Source of the DNA: a virus
Taxonomy: Duplodnaviria; Caudoviricetes
Virus record (IMG/VR): IMGVR_UViG_3300033153_008504
Coordinates: 1 to 43,042 of that record
Reading direction: 5' to 3' (one strand)
DNA: 43,042 nt
The notes beneath the pieces were generated by a model. That model saw only the letters and a program-made list of their open reading frames with translations, had not been told where the DNA came from and did not search any database. Of this stretch, positions 9,486 to 19,267 are shown in pieces (position 1 is the first letter of the stretch; every line of letters begins with the position of its first letter). Made by a program: the position numbers and the translations under genes.

Positions 9486-10065
9486 ATTTCCATTTAAGTT
9501 TCTTTTTATATTCTCTATATTGATTATAGCTTTTCCACAGGTCTTCTATCGTGTGTATATCTACACTGAAATCTTTTATCCATACTTCTGGTTTGGAATT
9601 GTAGGGGTCTGGATAGTTTTTAAGCCGTTCTGCCGTCATCCCCCATATTGAACCATAATCAGTGCCGTCATAATGGCAAGTTTTTACTTCTTCATTTCCA
9701 ATTTGTAGCACATCTTTTGCATACTTTATAAGGGTAATTCCTGTTTCTGGGCTATTAGCTTGAACTGCCACAAAAGCGTCTGCTCCCATAAACTTCTGGG
9801 CGTGCCTATAACACTCTATATTTGTTGCTTCTAAAAGTTCTTCTGGTCTTTTTATTAGGATAGCCCCCATTTTCTTTGCTTGTTCTAATATCTCATCATC
9901 ATCAGAGCTGACATAAACTTCATTAAATAAATGTAAACACTTTTCTAAATTCCATTGGAACATCGGCTTGCCTTTATAATACCGCCAGTTTTTGTTTTTT
10001 AATCTACTGCTGTTTTTCTTTACCAGCATCAATGCTTTTAAAGTCATATGTTTTATAGCAGACAC
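9475..10065 (-). CDS. neuA: Acylneuraminate cytidylyltransferase (CMP-nonulosonate synthetase); start may be at the second Met
   Basis: SSRLKNKN...GKPM, VSSDDDEI, IKRP, SVDIHTIEDL; adjacent to neuB. Confidence 0.85.
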   Translation of the reverse strand: MSAIKHMTLKALMLVKKNSSRLKNKNWRYYKGKPMFQWNLEKCLHLFNEVYVSSDDDEILEQAKKMGAILIKRPEELLEATNIECYRHAQKFMGADAFVAVQANSPETGITLIKYAKDVLQIGNEEVKTCHYDGTDYGSIWGMTAERLKNYPDPYNSKPEVWIKDFSVDIHTIEDLWKSYNQYREYKKKLKWKYGK

Positions 10066-10963
10066 TGCACAATGTTAAACATTTATGTCCACCGTCTTTT
10101 AATACTTCTCTGAACATTTTTAATCTTTCGCTGTTATCCCAAATATCTTTTAATGTTTGCTTGTTAATGTCCCCAATTGTCATATAGTTATCCCAGTCGG
10201 CACAACAAGCAGAAACTTTCCCGTCCCAGTCAACACTTAACTTATTAAATACTTCTACACAGGGTTTATATTCTTTATTTATTCTTTCTTGCTTTTTAAG
10301 GACTTCTAACTTTTTGATATTCCTTAAAACATTGAACTGCCCGATAGATAACCTTGATAAATTGGTTTTACCTATTGTAACTAAATCGGCTATCCCATCA
10401 AATTGCTTCTTAAATTGTTCTATTTCCCATTCGCTTTCATCTGTCATTGTAGAAGTAATATGAATAAACGGATTATCTTTGCGTATCTTTGACAGCTTCT
10501 TTATGTTAGCAATTAACTCGTCATATCTGTTATTATTCCTCATTAACTGATAACCCTCTTTCGTAGCCCCTTGAAATGAAAAGATTATTGAATCTAACCC
10601 TGTTTTCGGCAATTCTTCTATCTGTCCCTTTCTAAATCCTAATCCATTTGTAGTTATATGAGCCAATAAACCCTTGCTTTTAATATATCTGACAAACTCT
10701 ATTATATTTGGGTGTAAAAATGGTTCTCCCCATCTAATCATTCTAATCGGAGTATTGTATTCACTGCATTCTTCCACTACCTTTTCAAAAACCTTTTTAG
10801 ACATAAACCCTCTTGTACGTTTCATTGTCTGCTGTCCACAGAATAAGCAATTATTGTTGCAGTAATTAGTTAGTTCAATATCTACAATTCTGGGAAACTT
10901 TGGAATTTCTGCTTCATTATTTATCTTTTTGTATATTTTTTGAAACGGATTCAATAAAGCCAT
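10004..10963 (-). CDS. Radical SAM protein with SPASM/twitch domain
   Basis: CNNNCLFC (CxxxCxxC), GEP, TNG, C-terminal PC...DGKVSACC..D...C..C. Confidence 0.9.
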   Translation of the reverse strand: MALLNPFQKIYKKINNEAEIPKFPRIVDIELTNYCNNNCLFCGQQTMKRTRGFMSKKVFEKVVEECSEYNTPIRMIRWGEPFLHPNIIEFVRYIKSKGLLAHITTNGLGFRKGQIEELPKTGLDSIIFSFQGATKEGYQLMRNNNRYDELIANIKKLSKIRKDNPFIHITSTMTDESEWEIEQFKKQFDGIADLVTIGKTNLSRLSIGQFNVLRNIKKLEVLKKQERINKEYKPCVEVFNKLSVDWDGKVSACCADWDNYMTIGDINKQTLKDIWDNSERLKMFREVLKDGGHKCLTLCSVCYKTYDFKSIDAGKEKQQ

Positions 10964-12152
10964 CTTTTTTCATCTTATTTGATAATTCATTCATCTTGTC
11001 ATAATCTAATTTACAGACATAGCATAATTCAATTAAACTTCTGTTACCGTCCATAAAATAGAAGAAATAATCATATTTCCTGTTATCCTCTTTGGTTAAT
11101 TGTTGGACATCATATCTGCTTCTCATTAAAGGTCCTTTAAATAATCTTTTAGGCGTCCAATTGGTCTCCATTATTTTTATGGTTTGCTTAACTATGCCTT
11201 CCATTTCTTTTATCCTTTCTAACTTAACTATTTCTGGCGTATCTAAATTGGTATGATATTCGTAATACAAGCTTCTGGAAAAGAATATCATCGGTATCTT
11301 TATCTGCGGGTCATTAAAAATATATTCATCTGCCCCAAGCGGTCCCCTAAATGGTCTTGATTGATACTCTTTTGAAAATTTGCTCAATGCCATAGTTCCT
11401 GCCTTGCTTATATCGTCATTATCAAAGAAACTTCTCTGAACTATCGGATTAGCGTCATTTCCCACCATATCAATAGCTATGCCAAAATCTATCTTGCTTA
11501 AATCCTGCGTATAAGCATAAGCCATTGCCCCTATCGTCTCTGGGGTAAAGATTATTCTAATAGTATGGTCGCACTTCAACGATTTGGCTAAATTAACAGC
11601 AGTTACTACTCCAGACAGATTATCGTTGGCTTGAAACGGGTGGTCTAAATGAACTGCTATTAAAATCTCCCTGTCTGATTTTCCTTTAATTGTATATTCT
11701 CCCACTTTTAATGTGCCATCAGTATATTCGGTATCTGCAAAAACTTCATATTTGCCTTTTTTTAGCTTATCAAACTTTTGTTTTGTCGTGCAAAAACCCC
11801 AGTTCTTTTCATAGTAGTTAAATACATAAGGAATAGCGTTTTCTTTTTTGGGCTCATAAAACAAGTGTCTTTTAAAATCATCTAAATCTACCTTTTTGTT
11901 AACGGGCAGTGAACCAACCACCAAACTCAATGGCTCTTTCTTATAATCTATAATCTTCTTGCCTTTGTATTTAACCCAAGCGTCTTTAACTTCCCATTTT
12001 TGGGGTATCTTCCAAGTTCCATATTCTTTGCCAGTGGGAAATTCCAATATCTTCATTTCTGGCAATTCTTCTTTTATTATTTGAAGGGCTTTATCAAAAC
12101 CATCTCCAACTAATGTCCTATTTAATTTGTAAAGTTTATTTAATAGTTCCAT
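10917..12152 (-). CDS. DUF4910-type aminopeptidase-like (M28 fold) polysaccharide-modification protein
   Basis: W.IP..W.V.DAW, AIPYV.NYY...WGFC, HLDHP.QANDNLSG, YHTNLD motifs. Confidence 0.8.
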   Translation of the reverse strand: MELLNKLYKLNRTLVGDGFDKALQIIKEELPEMKILEFPTGKEYGTWKIPQKWEVKDAWVKYKGKKIIDYKKEPLSLVVGSLPVNKKVDLDDFKRHLFYEPKKENAIPYVFNYYEKNWGFCTTKQKFDKLKKGKYEVFADTEYTDGTLKVGEYTIKGKSDREILIAVHLDHPFQANDNLSGVVTAVNLAKSLKCDHTIRIIFTPETIGAMAYAYTQDLSKIDFGIAIDMVGNDANPIVQRSFFDNDDISKAGTMALSKFSKEYQSRPFRGPLGADEYIFNDPQIKIPMIFFSRSLYYEYHTNLDTPEIVKLERIKEMEGIVKQTIKIMETNWTPKRLFKGPLMRSRYDVQQLTKEDNRKYDYFFYFMDGNRSLIELCYVCKLDYDKMNELSNKMKKDGFIESVSKNIQKDK

Positions 12153-13035
12153 AAATTACATTTATCATATTTTGTAATGGGTCTTTTATGTCTATCCCGC
12201 CTTCTAATAAAGCTATATCTGCTCTCTCTTTTTGAAGTTCCTGCGGGTTTTTTATTTGGCTTTTAATTGTTTCTTCCAACTTATCAAGGTTATCTACCTG
12301 TTTAACTGCTTTTGAATAAGTGCGGTAAAGTTCAAGATAAGCTGGGTTATTGTTCAGTTTTCTTTGCTTTATATTCGTATAACAAACCACAGGAACATCT
12401 GACGCTTCCGCCAATAATTCCAAAGTCATCTCGCTTAAACTTACAATCACATCTGCTTTTGATATTAAGCCGCAAACTATTTTTAAGTGGTCTGGCTGTC
12501 CTCTGTTCGTAAATACTGAATATCCTTTGTAATTCTCTGGTTCGTGCTTCTCAATTATTTTAGCCGTTAAGTTCCAATTGTTCTTCTTACAGATTTTCTT
12601 CAATTCGTCCATAACCTCTATGTTCTCCTCTATATCATAATCCCAATGTTCTGGGGAATATAATATGTTTATCCCGTCGTGCGGTTCTCTTCCTTTCAGG
12701 TTTTTAAAGATAGTAGTTCCCGTTATCTCTATTTTATTTTCTGGTATCCCGCATTTAATCATCTGCTCTTTATCAGAAACCGACCAGACGCAGATTTTAT
12801 CAAAAAGAAACGGGTTGCTTAATGGCGGGCAATAATCTTCCCCTACTCCTCTTCCGTGTTGGATAACAACGACTGGTTTTCTTAATCTTTTGGCGGTTTT
12901 AGCAGTTAATAACTCCAAACCCATTGTGTCTTGCCACAGCACCACAGCGTCTGCTTCTTGTATGCTGTTTGTTAGCTCAAAATGGGGTTTAAGTTCTGAT
13001 AAAACGCCATTATGATTTTTTAATAAGATTTTCAT
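12136..13035 (-). CDS. GT-B fold glycosyltransferase/epimerase-like protein (candidate nonulosonate transferase)
   Basis: VVVIQHG, KICVW, IEITG, ADVIVSLSEMTLELLA..DVPV pattern of the capsule/UDP-GlcNAc 2-epimerase-like superfamily. Confidence 0.6.
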   Translation of the reverse strand: MKILLKNHNGVLSELKPHFELTNSIQEADAVVLWQDTMGLELLTAKTAKRLRKPVVVIQHGRGVGEDYCPPLSNPFLFDKICVWSVSDKEQMIKCGIPENKIEITGTTIFKNLKGREPHDGINILYSPEHWDYDIEENIEVMDELKKICKKNNWNLTAKIIEKHEPENYKGYSVFTNRGQPDHLKIVCGLISKADVIVSLSEMTLELLAEASDVPVVCYTNIKQRKLNNNPAYLELYRTYSKAVKQVDNLDKLEETIKSQIKNPQELQKERADIALLEGGIDIKDPLQNMINVIYGTIK

Positions 13036-13610
13036 AATTCTCTTGATTTTTGATATTCATCTATTGGCATAGTCGGGGCGTCTTCTCTTCCCGTATCTAT
13101 TCTATTTTTGTTAGACCAAGAACGGAACTCTACCTCGTTTGATTCTTCGCTTATATTCACCAGCGATTCTATGGTTTCGTGTAAAACAATTTCAAAGTCA
13201 TACTTCTTAATCCAAGTCGGCAAACCTTTGTCTCTCAATAATTGGTCTAATTTTCTGCTAAATATATCTCTTTTTTGGGCGGTATCCGCCCCAAGAACAT
13301 TTGACGGCAAAAGGATAGCTTTAAACTCTTTTATCTCGCCTCTTTTAAATGCTTCTTTTAGGGCTTCTATTCTGTGAGAGCCGTCAACTATTAAATAAGG
13401 CGGTTCAAACTGATTATAGGTAAATACGGTAAGGTCGTATCTCTCTGGATATTCTGGCTTGCTGTTATTCCCCTTTTGAAAGTTCACTAACTCTTTTTCT
13501 AAATACTTTCTATCTTTAATAAACTTGGGGTGCTTCAACCTACGGTCAATTATCTTATATCTATCTATATTGTCAGGGATTATTTTGGTTTCTATAATTT
13601 CGTATTTCAT
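13032..13610 (-). CDS. ParB/sulfiredoxin-like N-terminal domain protein
   Basis: YLIVDGSHRIEAL motif. Confidence 0.6.
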   Translation of the reverse strand: MKYEIIETKIIPDNIDRYKIIDRRLKHPKFIKDRKYLEKELVNFQKGNNSKPEYPERYDLTVFTYNQFEPPYLIVDGSHRIEALKEAFKRGEIKEFKAILLPSNVLGADTAQKRDIFSRKLDQLLRDKGLPTWIKKYDFEIVLHETIESLVNISEESNEVEFRSWSNKNRIDTGREDAPTMPIDEYQKSREL

Positions 13611-14041
13611 TTCATTTTAGAAAGGATAAATATCAATTCTGAACCTTGTTTATCGTTTTGGACTATTAAGAAGTTTTCAAGTTCAGGCACTCTGGTTATC
13701 GCTTCAAGCCGAGCTTCGTTCCAAAATGATTTATGTCCCCAATAATAAGCTGTTGGATGTGTCTGGTGCGGGCATCGGTGATGGGTTCTTCCCTTCGGCT
13801 TTAATACCCGATAAATTTCTCTGAATAAATCAATGCTTTCATCGTCAGTCAAATGCTCTATAAAGTGGCAAGAATACACTTCTTCAACTGAATTATCTGG
13901 AAATGGTATTCCCTTTGTTAAATCCCAAACCATATCTTGTCCGCAGTCCCTTAAATCTATGTTAATAAAGCCGTCCATATGCTGGTCGCCGCAGCCAAGA
14001 TGAAGTCTTATGGGTTTTTTATATTCTGGAAACCTTCTCAT
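13607..14041 (-). CDS. Class I SAM-dependent methyltransferase
   Basis: LHLGCG, NIDL, IPFPDNSVEEVYSCHFIEHL, YRVLKPKG. Confidence 0.9.
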   Translation of the reverse strand: MRRFPEYKKPIRLHLGCGDQHMDGFINIDLRDCGQDMVWDLTKGIPFPDNSVEEVYSCHFIEHLTDDESIDLFREIYRVLKPKGRTHHRCPHQTHPTAYYWGHKSFWNEARLEAITRVPELENFLIVQNDKQGSELIFILSKMK

Positions 14042-15129
14042 TTGTTTTGTGGGTCAAAGGCGTCTTCCCATAGATGTATTACTTTCTTTATTGTCCTGTT
14101 TTCTTTAACCCAATCAGATTGTTTTTTGGCGACCTTTTTTCTGAAATCTTTATCAGCCAATAATCTTTCAAGTTTATTTATCCAATCTTTCACTTTGTTT
14201 TTAGCACAATATCCCACCTCTTCTTTGTAAGGAAGGGTTTTTGATGCTAATGTTGCCGCTCCGATAGTCGCATATTCGTAAAACTTCACGCAACTCTTTG
14301 AATGGTTAAACTCATTGTCATTTAACGGAGCAACACCTATATCTATATCCAAGCTGTTTAAAACGCTGGGATACATAACAGGCGGGTAAAACGGAATGTG
14401 AAAGAAGTTCAGATTTTGTATCCTTTTCCAAAAATCTAACGCACTTTTTAAATAAACGCTTTGTTCTGGCTGTAAGCCATATTGAACTATTCTCTCATAA
14501 CTCCACATTTCTGATTCCAGCGGTTTGGCACAAATTCCCTGAATGATAAAGCTGAAGTCATATTTCTTTTGAAGTTCTAAAATAACATCTGGAAGTATCG
14601 CTAAATCTTTCCAATGAGAGGCAGCACCAGCATAAGCCACTCTTAATTTGTCTTTTGGCGGCTTATCTTTGTTAAGAATAAATACCTCTGGGTTAATTGC
14701 ATTCGGGCAAACATAGACATTCTTATTAAATCTTCTTAACTTTTTAGCCAAATGTTTGGTAGTAGTTGTAATTGCATCGCATTCTGCCATTAAATGTTCG
14801 TATTGCCTTCTCTTTTCTTCCGATATTGTGAAGGACGGGTTTTCTGGGTTTACCGTCCATAAGTCATCATCAACTTCATAAACTACTTTTTTGCCCAATC
14901 TTTTAAACTTCCTTAATGTCATTAAGGGGTCAATGGGATATATTCTGCTAAATACAGCAGTATCGCACCACCTCATTATTTCTTCTTTAAGCCCTCTGCC
15001 AGAATTAAGGGCTATAAATTGGACTTCGTGCCCTCTCTTTGATAAAGCGGTTCCTGGCGTATGATTTCTATAATACCAGCATCCGTTATTAAAAGCGTAG
15101 GGCGAATCAAGGATATATAAAATTTTCAT
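14038..15129 (-). CDS. GT-B (GT4-like) glycosyltransferase
   Basis: YEVDDDLW, VCPNAI, DIGVAPL...FNHSKSCVKFYEY. Confidence 0.85.
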   Translation of the reverse strand: MKILYILDSPYAFNNGCWYYRNHTPGTALSKRGHEVQFIALNSGRGLKEEIMRWCDTAVFSRIYPIDPLMTLRKFKRLGKKVVYEVDDDLWTVNPENPSFTISEEKRRQYEHLMAECDAITTTTKHLAKKLRRFNKNVYVCPNAINPEVFILNKDKPPKDKLRVAYAGAASHWKDLAILPDVILELQKKYDFSFIIQGICAKPLESEMWSYERIVQYGLQPEQSVYLKSALDFWKRIQNLNFFHIPFYPPVMYPSVLNSLDIDIGVAPLNDNEFNHSKSCVKFYEYATIGAATLASKTLPYKEEVGYCAKNKVKDWINKLERLLADKDFRKKVAKKQSDWVKENRTIKKVIHLWEDAFDPQNK

Positions 15130-15362
15130 CTTATTTTTTCAGTAAATTTAATAAAACTTTTAAGTTCCCCAATTTTTGCCTGCATTTGGGCTAATTCTTT
15201 TCTTCTTTCGTCGTTTCCGCCTACCACTATCTCTGTCAGATATGCTTCTAAAATCTCAAAAATCTTTAAATCTTTTCTTTTTCTGTGAAGCAATGCTCTC
15301 CTGGCATACCAAGAATAGAATCCTTCTATCAGAAAGTATTTTATTTTTTTAATGAATTTCAT
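15126..15362 (-). CDS. Hypothetical protein
   Basis: 78 aa ORF tightly packed in the operon. Confidence 0.6.
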   Translation of the reverse strand: MKFIKKIKYFLIEGFYSWYARRALLHRKRKDLKIFEILEAYLTEIVVGGNDERRKELAQMQAKIGELKSFIKFTEKIR

Positions 15363-15372
15363 AAGCTTTAGC

Positions 15373-15399
15373 CCGACTGGGGCGATTAAACCCCAGCCG
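15373..15399 (-). terminator. GC-rich hairpin after the major capsid gene (weak terminator or mRNA stabiliser)
   Basis: cggctgggg-tttaatcg-ccccagtcg on the - strand; no U tract. Confidence 0.55.
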
Positions 15400-15412
15400 A
15401 ACGATTAACTGC

Positions 15413-16351
15413 TTAGTTAAGTCCTACAGTAGCTACAGTTAAGAACCTGCTTTGATTCTTGGTAAAGACCGTTGAACCATACACAACATAGGCAGAAATA
15501 TTATAACCGTGCTTGTCAGAAACCTTGTCAATTTGAATTGTCGGGCTTTTCTGAATAGCAAGGTCAATAGCACCTCTTTTGCCGAAATAAGCTATTTCGT
15601 AATTAGCGTCAATCTGAGCACTATTAGCAGCGGAAATAGCAGCATTTCCAGCAGAAGGAGATGTCCCTGTTGGAACGTTATTGGAAACATAGATTTTGAA
15701 ACCCATAAAGTCTCCAGCATAACCGTTCCTCAAGGTAGCATCTGCTACATTGTATCCTACAGAAGTGGCTTTGGTTTCAATCAACCCAGCAATTGACGGG
15801 TGAACAATTGAAATCCAATCTCCATTTTCTGCAACATTCAACTTTCTTAACTCAAGCCTCGCTTTAGAAAACATATCTATAACATTGGCAGTAGAAGCTG
15901 AAACAGCGTGAGCTGATGTTCCACCAGCAACCATCTCTTCAGCAGTTCTAACCGCACCGCTATACATGTTATTCAAAGCGTGGGTATCAATAGCATCCCT
16001 TAATTGGTAAGCAATTTCTTCTTGTAAGGCTGTTCTAAGGTTAATGTTAGTCTGCAACTGCTCGACATCATCAACGTAGATAGGAACTGTCTTATACTGG
16101 TCAACAGTGAGCTGGTCTTTGTGCCAGTCTTGGTCTTGAGCTGTAAAAGCTGTTCCTGGAGTGTAAGTAGTTGCTGATAAGCTGTCAAAATAGGGTTTGT
16201 TCAGAACATCTGCATACCTTATTTCGTCGTTCATATCAACATTACATACATCCATTGCTACTAATGTCTTATAAAGCGGGATTTGCACCGCATCCGACCA
16301 TAATTCAGGCTGGATGGCACTAACATCATTTGAAACTGTATCTGAAGCCAT
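15413..16351 (-). CDS. Major capsid protein (P22-coat/HK97-fold)
   Basis: 312 aa, 'IQPELWS', 'LTVDQYK', 'G.AGDFMGFKIYVSNNVP', 'YG' near the C-terminus; follows portal and scaffold. Confidence 0.85.
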   Translation of the reverse strand: MASDTVSNDVSAIQPELWSDAVQIPLYKTLVAMDVCNVDMNDEIRYADVLNKPYFDSLSATTYTPGTAFTAQDQDWHKDQLTVDQYKTVPIYVDDVEQLQTNINLRTALQEEIAYQLRDAIDTHALNNMYSGAVRTAEEMVAGGTSAHAVSASTANVIDMFSKARLELRKLNVAENGDWISIVHPSIAGLIETKATSVGYNVADATLRNGYAGDFMGFKIYVSNNVPTGTSPSAGNAAISAANSAQIDANYEIAYFGKRGAIDLAIQKSPTIQIDKVSDKHGYNISAYVVYGSTVFTKNQSRFLTVATVGLN

Positions 16352-16378
16352 CTTACTTGCTTGCCCTTCCTAAACAAG

Positions 16379-16921
16379 CTACTTGCGAGATTTCACTGTC
16401 GGGAACTTCTTTAAAAATCCCCTTTTAGCGAAATATTCGTTTTTCTCATCAAGGGTCATCTCGGAGTAAGGCTTTTCGCCTCCCTCTGTAGATTGCTTAG
16501 TTGTGGGCTCAGGAATGTTATCTTGAGCGACCTTTTCTTGATGAGCTTTTTGCCAAAGAACGAAGTTCTCATCTTTCCTTGCCTCTGATAAGGGTTTGTT
16601 CAAAATTTTAGCTCTATTTTTGAGCTCCGCCACTTCAGTTGAGTCAAGACCCTTAATGGCTTCTTGAATTTCTAAAATGGCATCTACATCTATATTTGGC
16701 TTTGCCTTTTGCAGCTCTTCTTTGGCTGCTTTGGCTTCTTCCTCGGCTTTTTTCATCCGAGCATATAGCCGTTTTTCCCTGTCAGTTGGCTCGTCTTGGT
16801 CTTTGGTTTCTTTTTTGGGAGTTTCCTTCTCCTCCTTTGGAGTTTGTTCAGAACCTTCTTCGGGTTCTTCAGGGGTCTCCTCTTCCTCTGGATTTTGTTG
16901 AGTTTTCTCTTCTTCAGTCAT
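16379..16921 (-). CDS. Capsid scaffolding protein
   Basis: Acidic disordered N-terminus, coiled coil, directly upstream of the capsid gene. Confidence 0.7.
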   Translation of the reverse strand: MTEEEKTQQNPEEEETPEEPEEGSEQTPKEEKETPKKETKDQDEPTDREKRLYARMKKAEEEAKAAKEELQKAKPNIDVDAILEIQEAIKGLDSTEVAELKNRAKILNKPLSEARKDENFVLWQKAHQEKVAQDNIPEPTTKQSTEGGEKPYSEMTLDEKNEYFAKRGFLKKFPTVKSRK

Positions 16922-16953
16922 ATAATTTTTTGCGATTATGACTTAATCGACCT

Positions 16954-17205
16954 TTACTCGTATTGCTCTTTTACCCTTGTGGGTAAAGTTTCCCGTTTTT
17001 TTAATTTGCTTTTTATTTCTATCAATTTTTTAATTGCTAATTGCCTGCCAGTAAGGATAATTGTTTTCTCTTCAGAAGGTATGCCTATAATTGTCCTAAC
17101 GGAATCAAGTTCGGCTATTTTCTCATCAATTAAATCTTTAACTGCTTCTCCTTGAGAAGTATTAGCCATATTTTTTAATATCTTTTCCCTCATTTCTTTT
17201 TTCAT
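16954..17205 (-). CDS. Small hypothetical protein between portal and scaffold
   Basis: 83 aa; overlaps the portal stop codon. Confidence 0.6.
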   Translation of the reverse strand: MKKEMREKILKNMANTSQGEAVKDLIDEKIAELDSVRTIIGIPSEEKTIILTGRQLAIKKLIEIKSKLKKRETLPTRVKEQYE

Positions 17206-18956
17206 ACTCTTGTTTCAGCCGAAGCTGGGGCTATTGTTGGTATTTGCGGTCGGCTTACTCCTCCCCCCACTCCTTTTTCTGGGATTAACCTTTCAATTCC
17301 TTTTTCCGTTTCTTCATCTAAATCTAAATCTGCTGGTCTAATTCCTCTTGCTTCCATTATCCTGAATAATATTTTTCTTTTAATTGGGTTAGTAAGAGCA
17401 GTCGGGTCAGCTGTTATTGCCTGTAAGATAAATATCAAGTCATTTGTGAAGGCGGTAATATCCTTTTGCTCTCCTGTAATAATGATATTTATATTATCCT
17501 TTAGGTTTTTGTAGAAGTTTTCTGGTATTTTAGCTAATATCTCTTTGCCTTGTTTTACTTTTTCTTCTATCGCCGCTTTTATAGTTTCAAACCTCTTTTT
17601 GTCTGGCAAACTCTTTTTCCTCTTAATAAAGTCAAACAGAGCTTCGGTAGCTTTATGGGAGATTATTGTTTTTCTAACCTTGTCTAAATCATTGCCAGCA
17701 ATTCTTAATATGTGTTCTTTGCTGTTTTCCTGCTCAAACCAAGGAAGTATTTTCTTAAACAGGTATTCTTTAACATCTATCGCTATGTCTTCCCTTAATT
17801 GGTTAAACCAACCGCCGCTCATAAAAGCAGCTAATTGGGCTGAACCTAATGGAGTTCCTGCTGGCAGACGTTCACCTTGAACAACATCATAAGCAAATGA
17901 CAATTCATCTCTGTTTTTCATCCATTTTTCCGTTGCCAGATTAAAGTAAGACAAGTTCCTTTCTGTCATATCTATCGGGTCTATGCGAGAATCAGATGTC
18001 AAAACCTGTCCGTCTACAACCTCGTCATTTAAGTTAATATTTACATCTTCGCCCCTTGTCTGCCAAACATGTAAAGCGGCATAATAATCGCCTTTTGCTT
18101 CTAAATTAGCTATTTCGTTATGCCTGACCTGCGGTTCAAACAAAGTTTCCACAACTCCAACTCCAAGCCATCTGCCCGGGATTTTTAATCTGTGGAATTC
18201 AAAATAAGGGTGATTTTCTATTGTTTCTTGCTGTAAAACTACCCCTGCGTGGGGAATTGTTTCTTTGGTAATCGAGTCTTCTTCATCTCTGCCCACATCA
18301 GCTATAATTATCCTTTGATATTTATAATCGCTGTTTTCGTCTGGATACTCCCCGTATCTTTCATAAACGGTTAAGTGGGTTTCATCGTTCATTTCCCTGA
18401 ATTTTTCCAAAGCTAAATCGGCTTTTTTCCAGCCGAGCTTTTTAGATAATCTCTTAAATTCAACAGGCGTGTAAAGATGAGTTTCTATTATGTAGTTAGC
18501 GGCGTCTAATGTATCTGTTGTTTGTTCAACAACGAAGTTCCTTAAATCAACGAAATACGGAACTCCTTTAATGGTCTTGATAACCACCGAACCAAACTTG
18601 GGTCTTTCGTCAAATATCCTATTTAATACTTTGCTGAAGTTTTTTTCCTTCATCCACGACTTTAAGTCCCTTTCCATATACCAAGTTTTATTGGGGTCTC
18701 CGCCGTGGGTTGTTTCCATTTTTATATCTTTTAAATCAAAGTCAGTTGCTTTCCTTTCCACCCCGCAGGGATTTAAGATAACATTATAGAAATGCTTTTT
18801 CTGCCCCTCGTTATCCCTGCTTCCCGTGCGAAACTTTGAATTCAAATAGCGGTATATTCTTTCTATGGTTTTCTTTTGGTTAAAAGAAAAGCCGTCAACT
18901 ATGTTGATTTCAGTATTTTGAAACTCCTCTATTTCCCGTTTAATCTGTTTAAGCAT
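17202..18956 (-). CDS. Portal protein
   Basis: 584 aa between terminase and scaffold; 'PGRWLGVGVVETL', 'VVQGE.LPAGT' segments. Confidence 0.8.
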   Translation of the reverse strand: MLKQIKREIEEFQNTEINIVDGFSFNQKKTIERIYRYLNSKFRTGSRDNEGQKKHFYNVILNPCGVERKATDFDLKDIKMETTHGGDPNKTWYMERDLKSWMKEKNFSKVLNRIFDERPKFGSVVIKTIKGVPYFVDLRNFVVEQTTDTLDAANYIIETHLYTPVEFKRLSKKLGWKKADLALEKFREMNDETHLTVYERYGEYPDENSDYKYQRIIIADVGRDEEDSITKETIPHAGVVLQQETIENHPYFEFHRLKIPGRWLGVGVVETLFEPQVRHNEIANLEAKGDYYAALHVWQTRGEDVNINLNDEVVDGQVLTSDSRIDPIDMTERNLSYFNLATEKWMKNRDELSFAYDVVQGERLPAGTPLGSAQLAAFMSGGWFNQLREDIAIDVKEYLFKKILPWFEQENSKEHILRIAGNDLDKVRKTIISHKATEALFDFIKRKKSLPDKKRFETIKAAIEEKVKQGKEILAKIPENFYKNLKDNINIIITGEQKDITAFTNDLIFILQAITADPTALTNPIKRKILFRIMEARGIRPADLDLDEETEKGIERLIPEKGVGGGVSRPQIPTIAPASAETRV

Positions 18957-19110
18957 TTTTTGTTTTTAGATGACCTTTATAGGTTTTACCGCTTTTAAGA
19001 AAACAAATATGGCGGTATTTTCCTTTTGGGACACCCCATCTTTTGCTGGGACCTGTAATAGTCCTTATTTTGCCTCCTTTTTTACGGCAGTTTTCGAAAC
19101 CTTTGGGCAT
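18949..19110 (-). CDS. Small basic hypothetical protein (53 aa, not in ORF track)
   Basis: Hand translation MPKGFENCRKKGGKIRTITGPSKRWG...; fills the gap between neighbouring genes. Confidence 0.6.
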   Translation of the reverse strand: MPKGFENCRKKGGKIRTITGPSKRWGVPKGKYRHICFLKSGKTYKGHLKTKNA

Positions 19111-19111
19111 A

Positions 19112-19267
19112 TTATAATTCTGTTATTTGCTTAATAAGAACTTCAACCTTTGCAGAATCAATAGTACCGACAGGAGCTACATCCCACGCTCTTGTCGCTT
19201 CTAAAACAATTCTGCGGGCTTCTTGCTCTTTTTTGGGTTTTTGCTCTTTTTTCTTTTTTTTAATCAT
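19112..19267 (-). CDS. Small hypothetical protein (51 aa, not in ORF track)
   Basis: MIKKKKKEQKPKKEQEARRIVLE...; overlaps the terminase stop. Confidence 0.5.
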   Translation of the reverse strand: MIKKKKKEQKPKKEQEARRIVLEATRAWDVAPVGTIDSAKVEVLIKQITEL

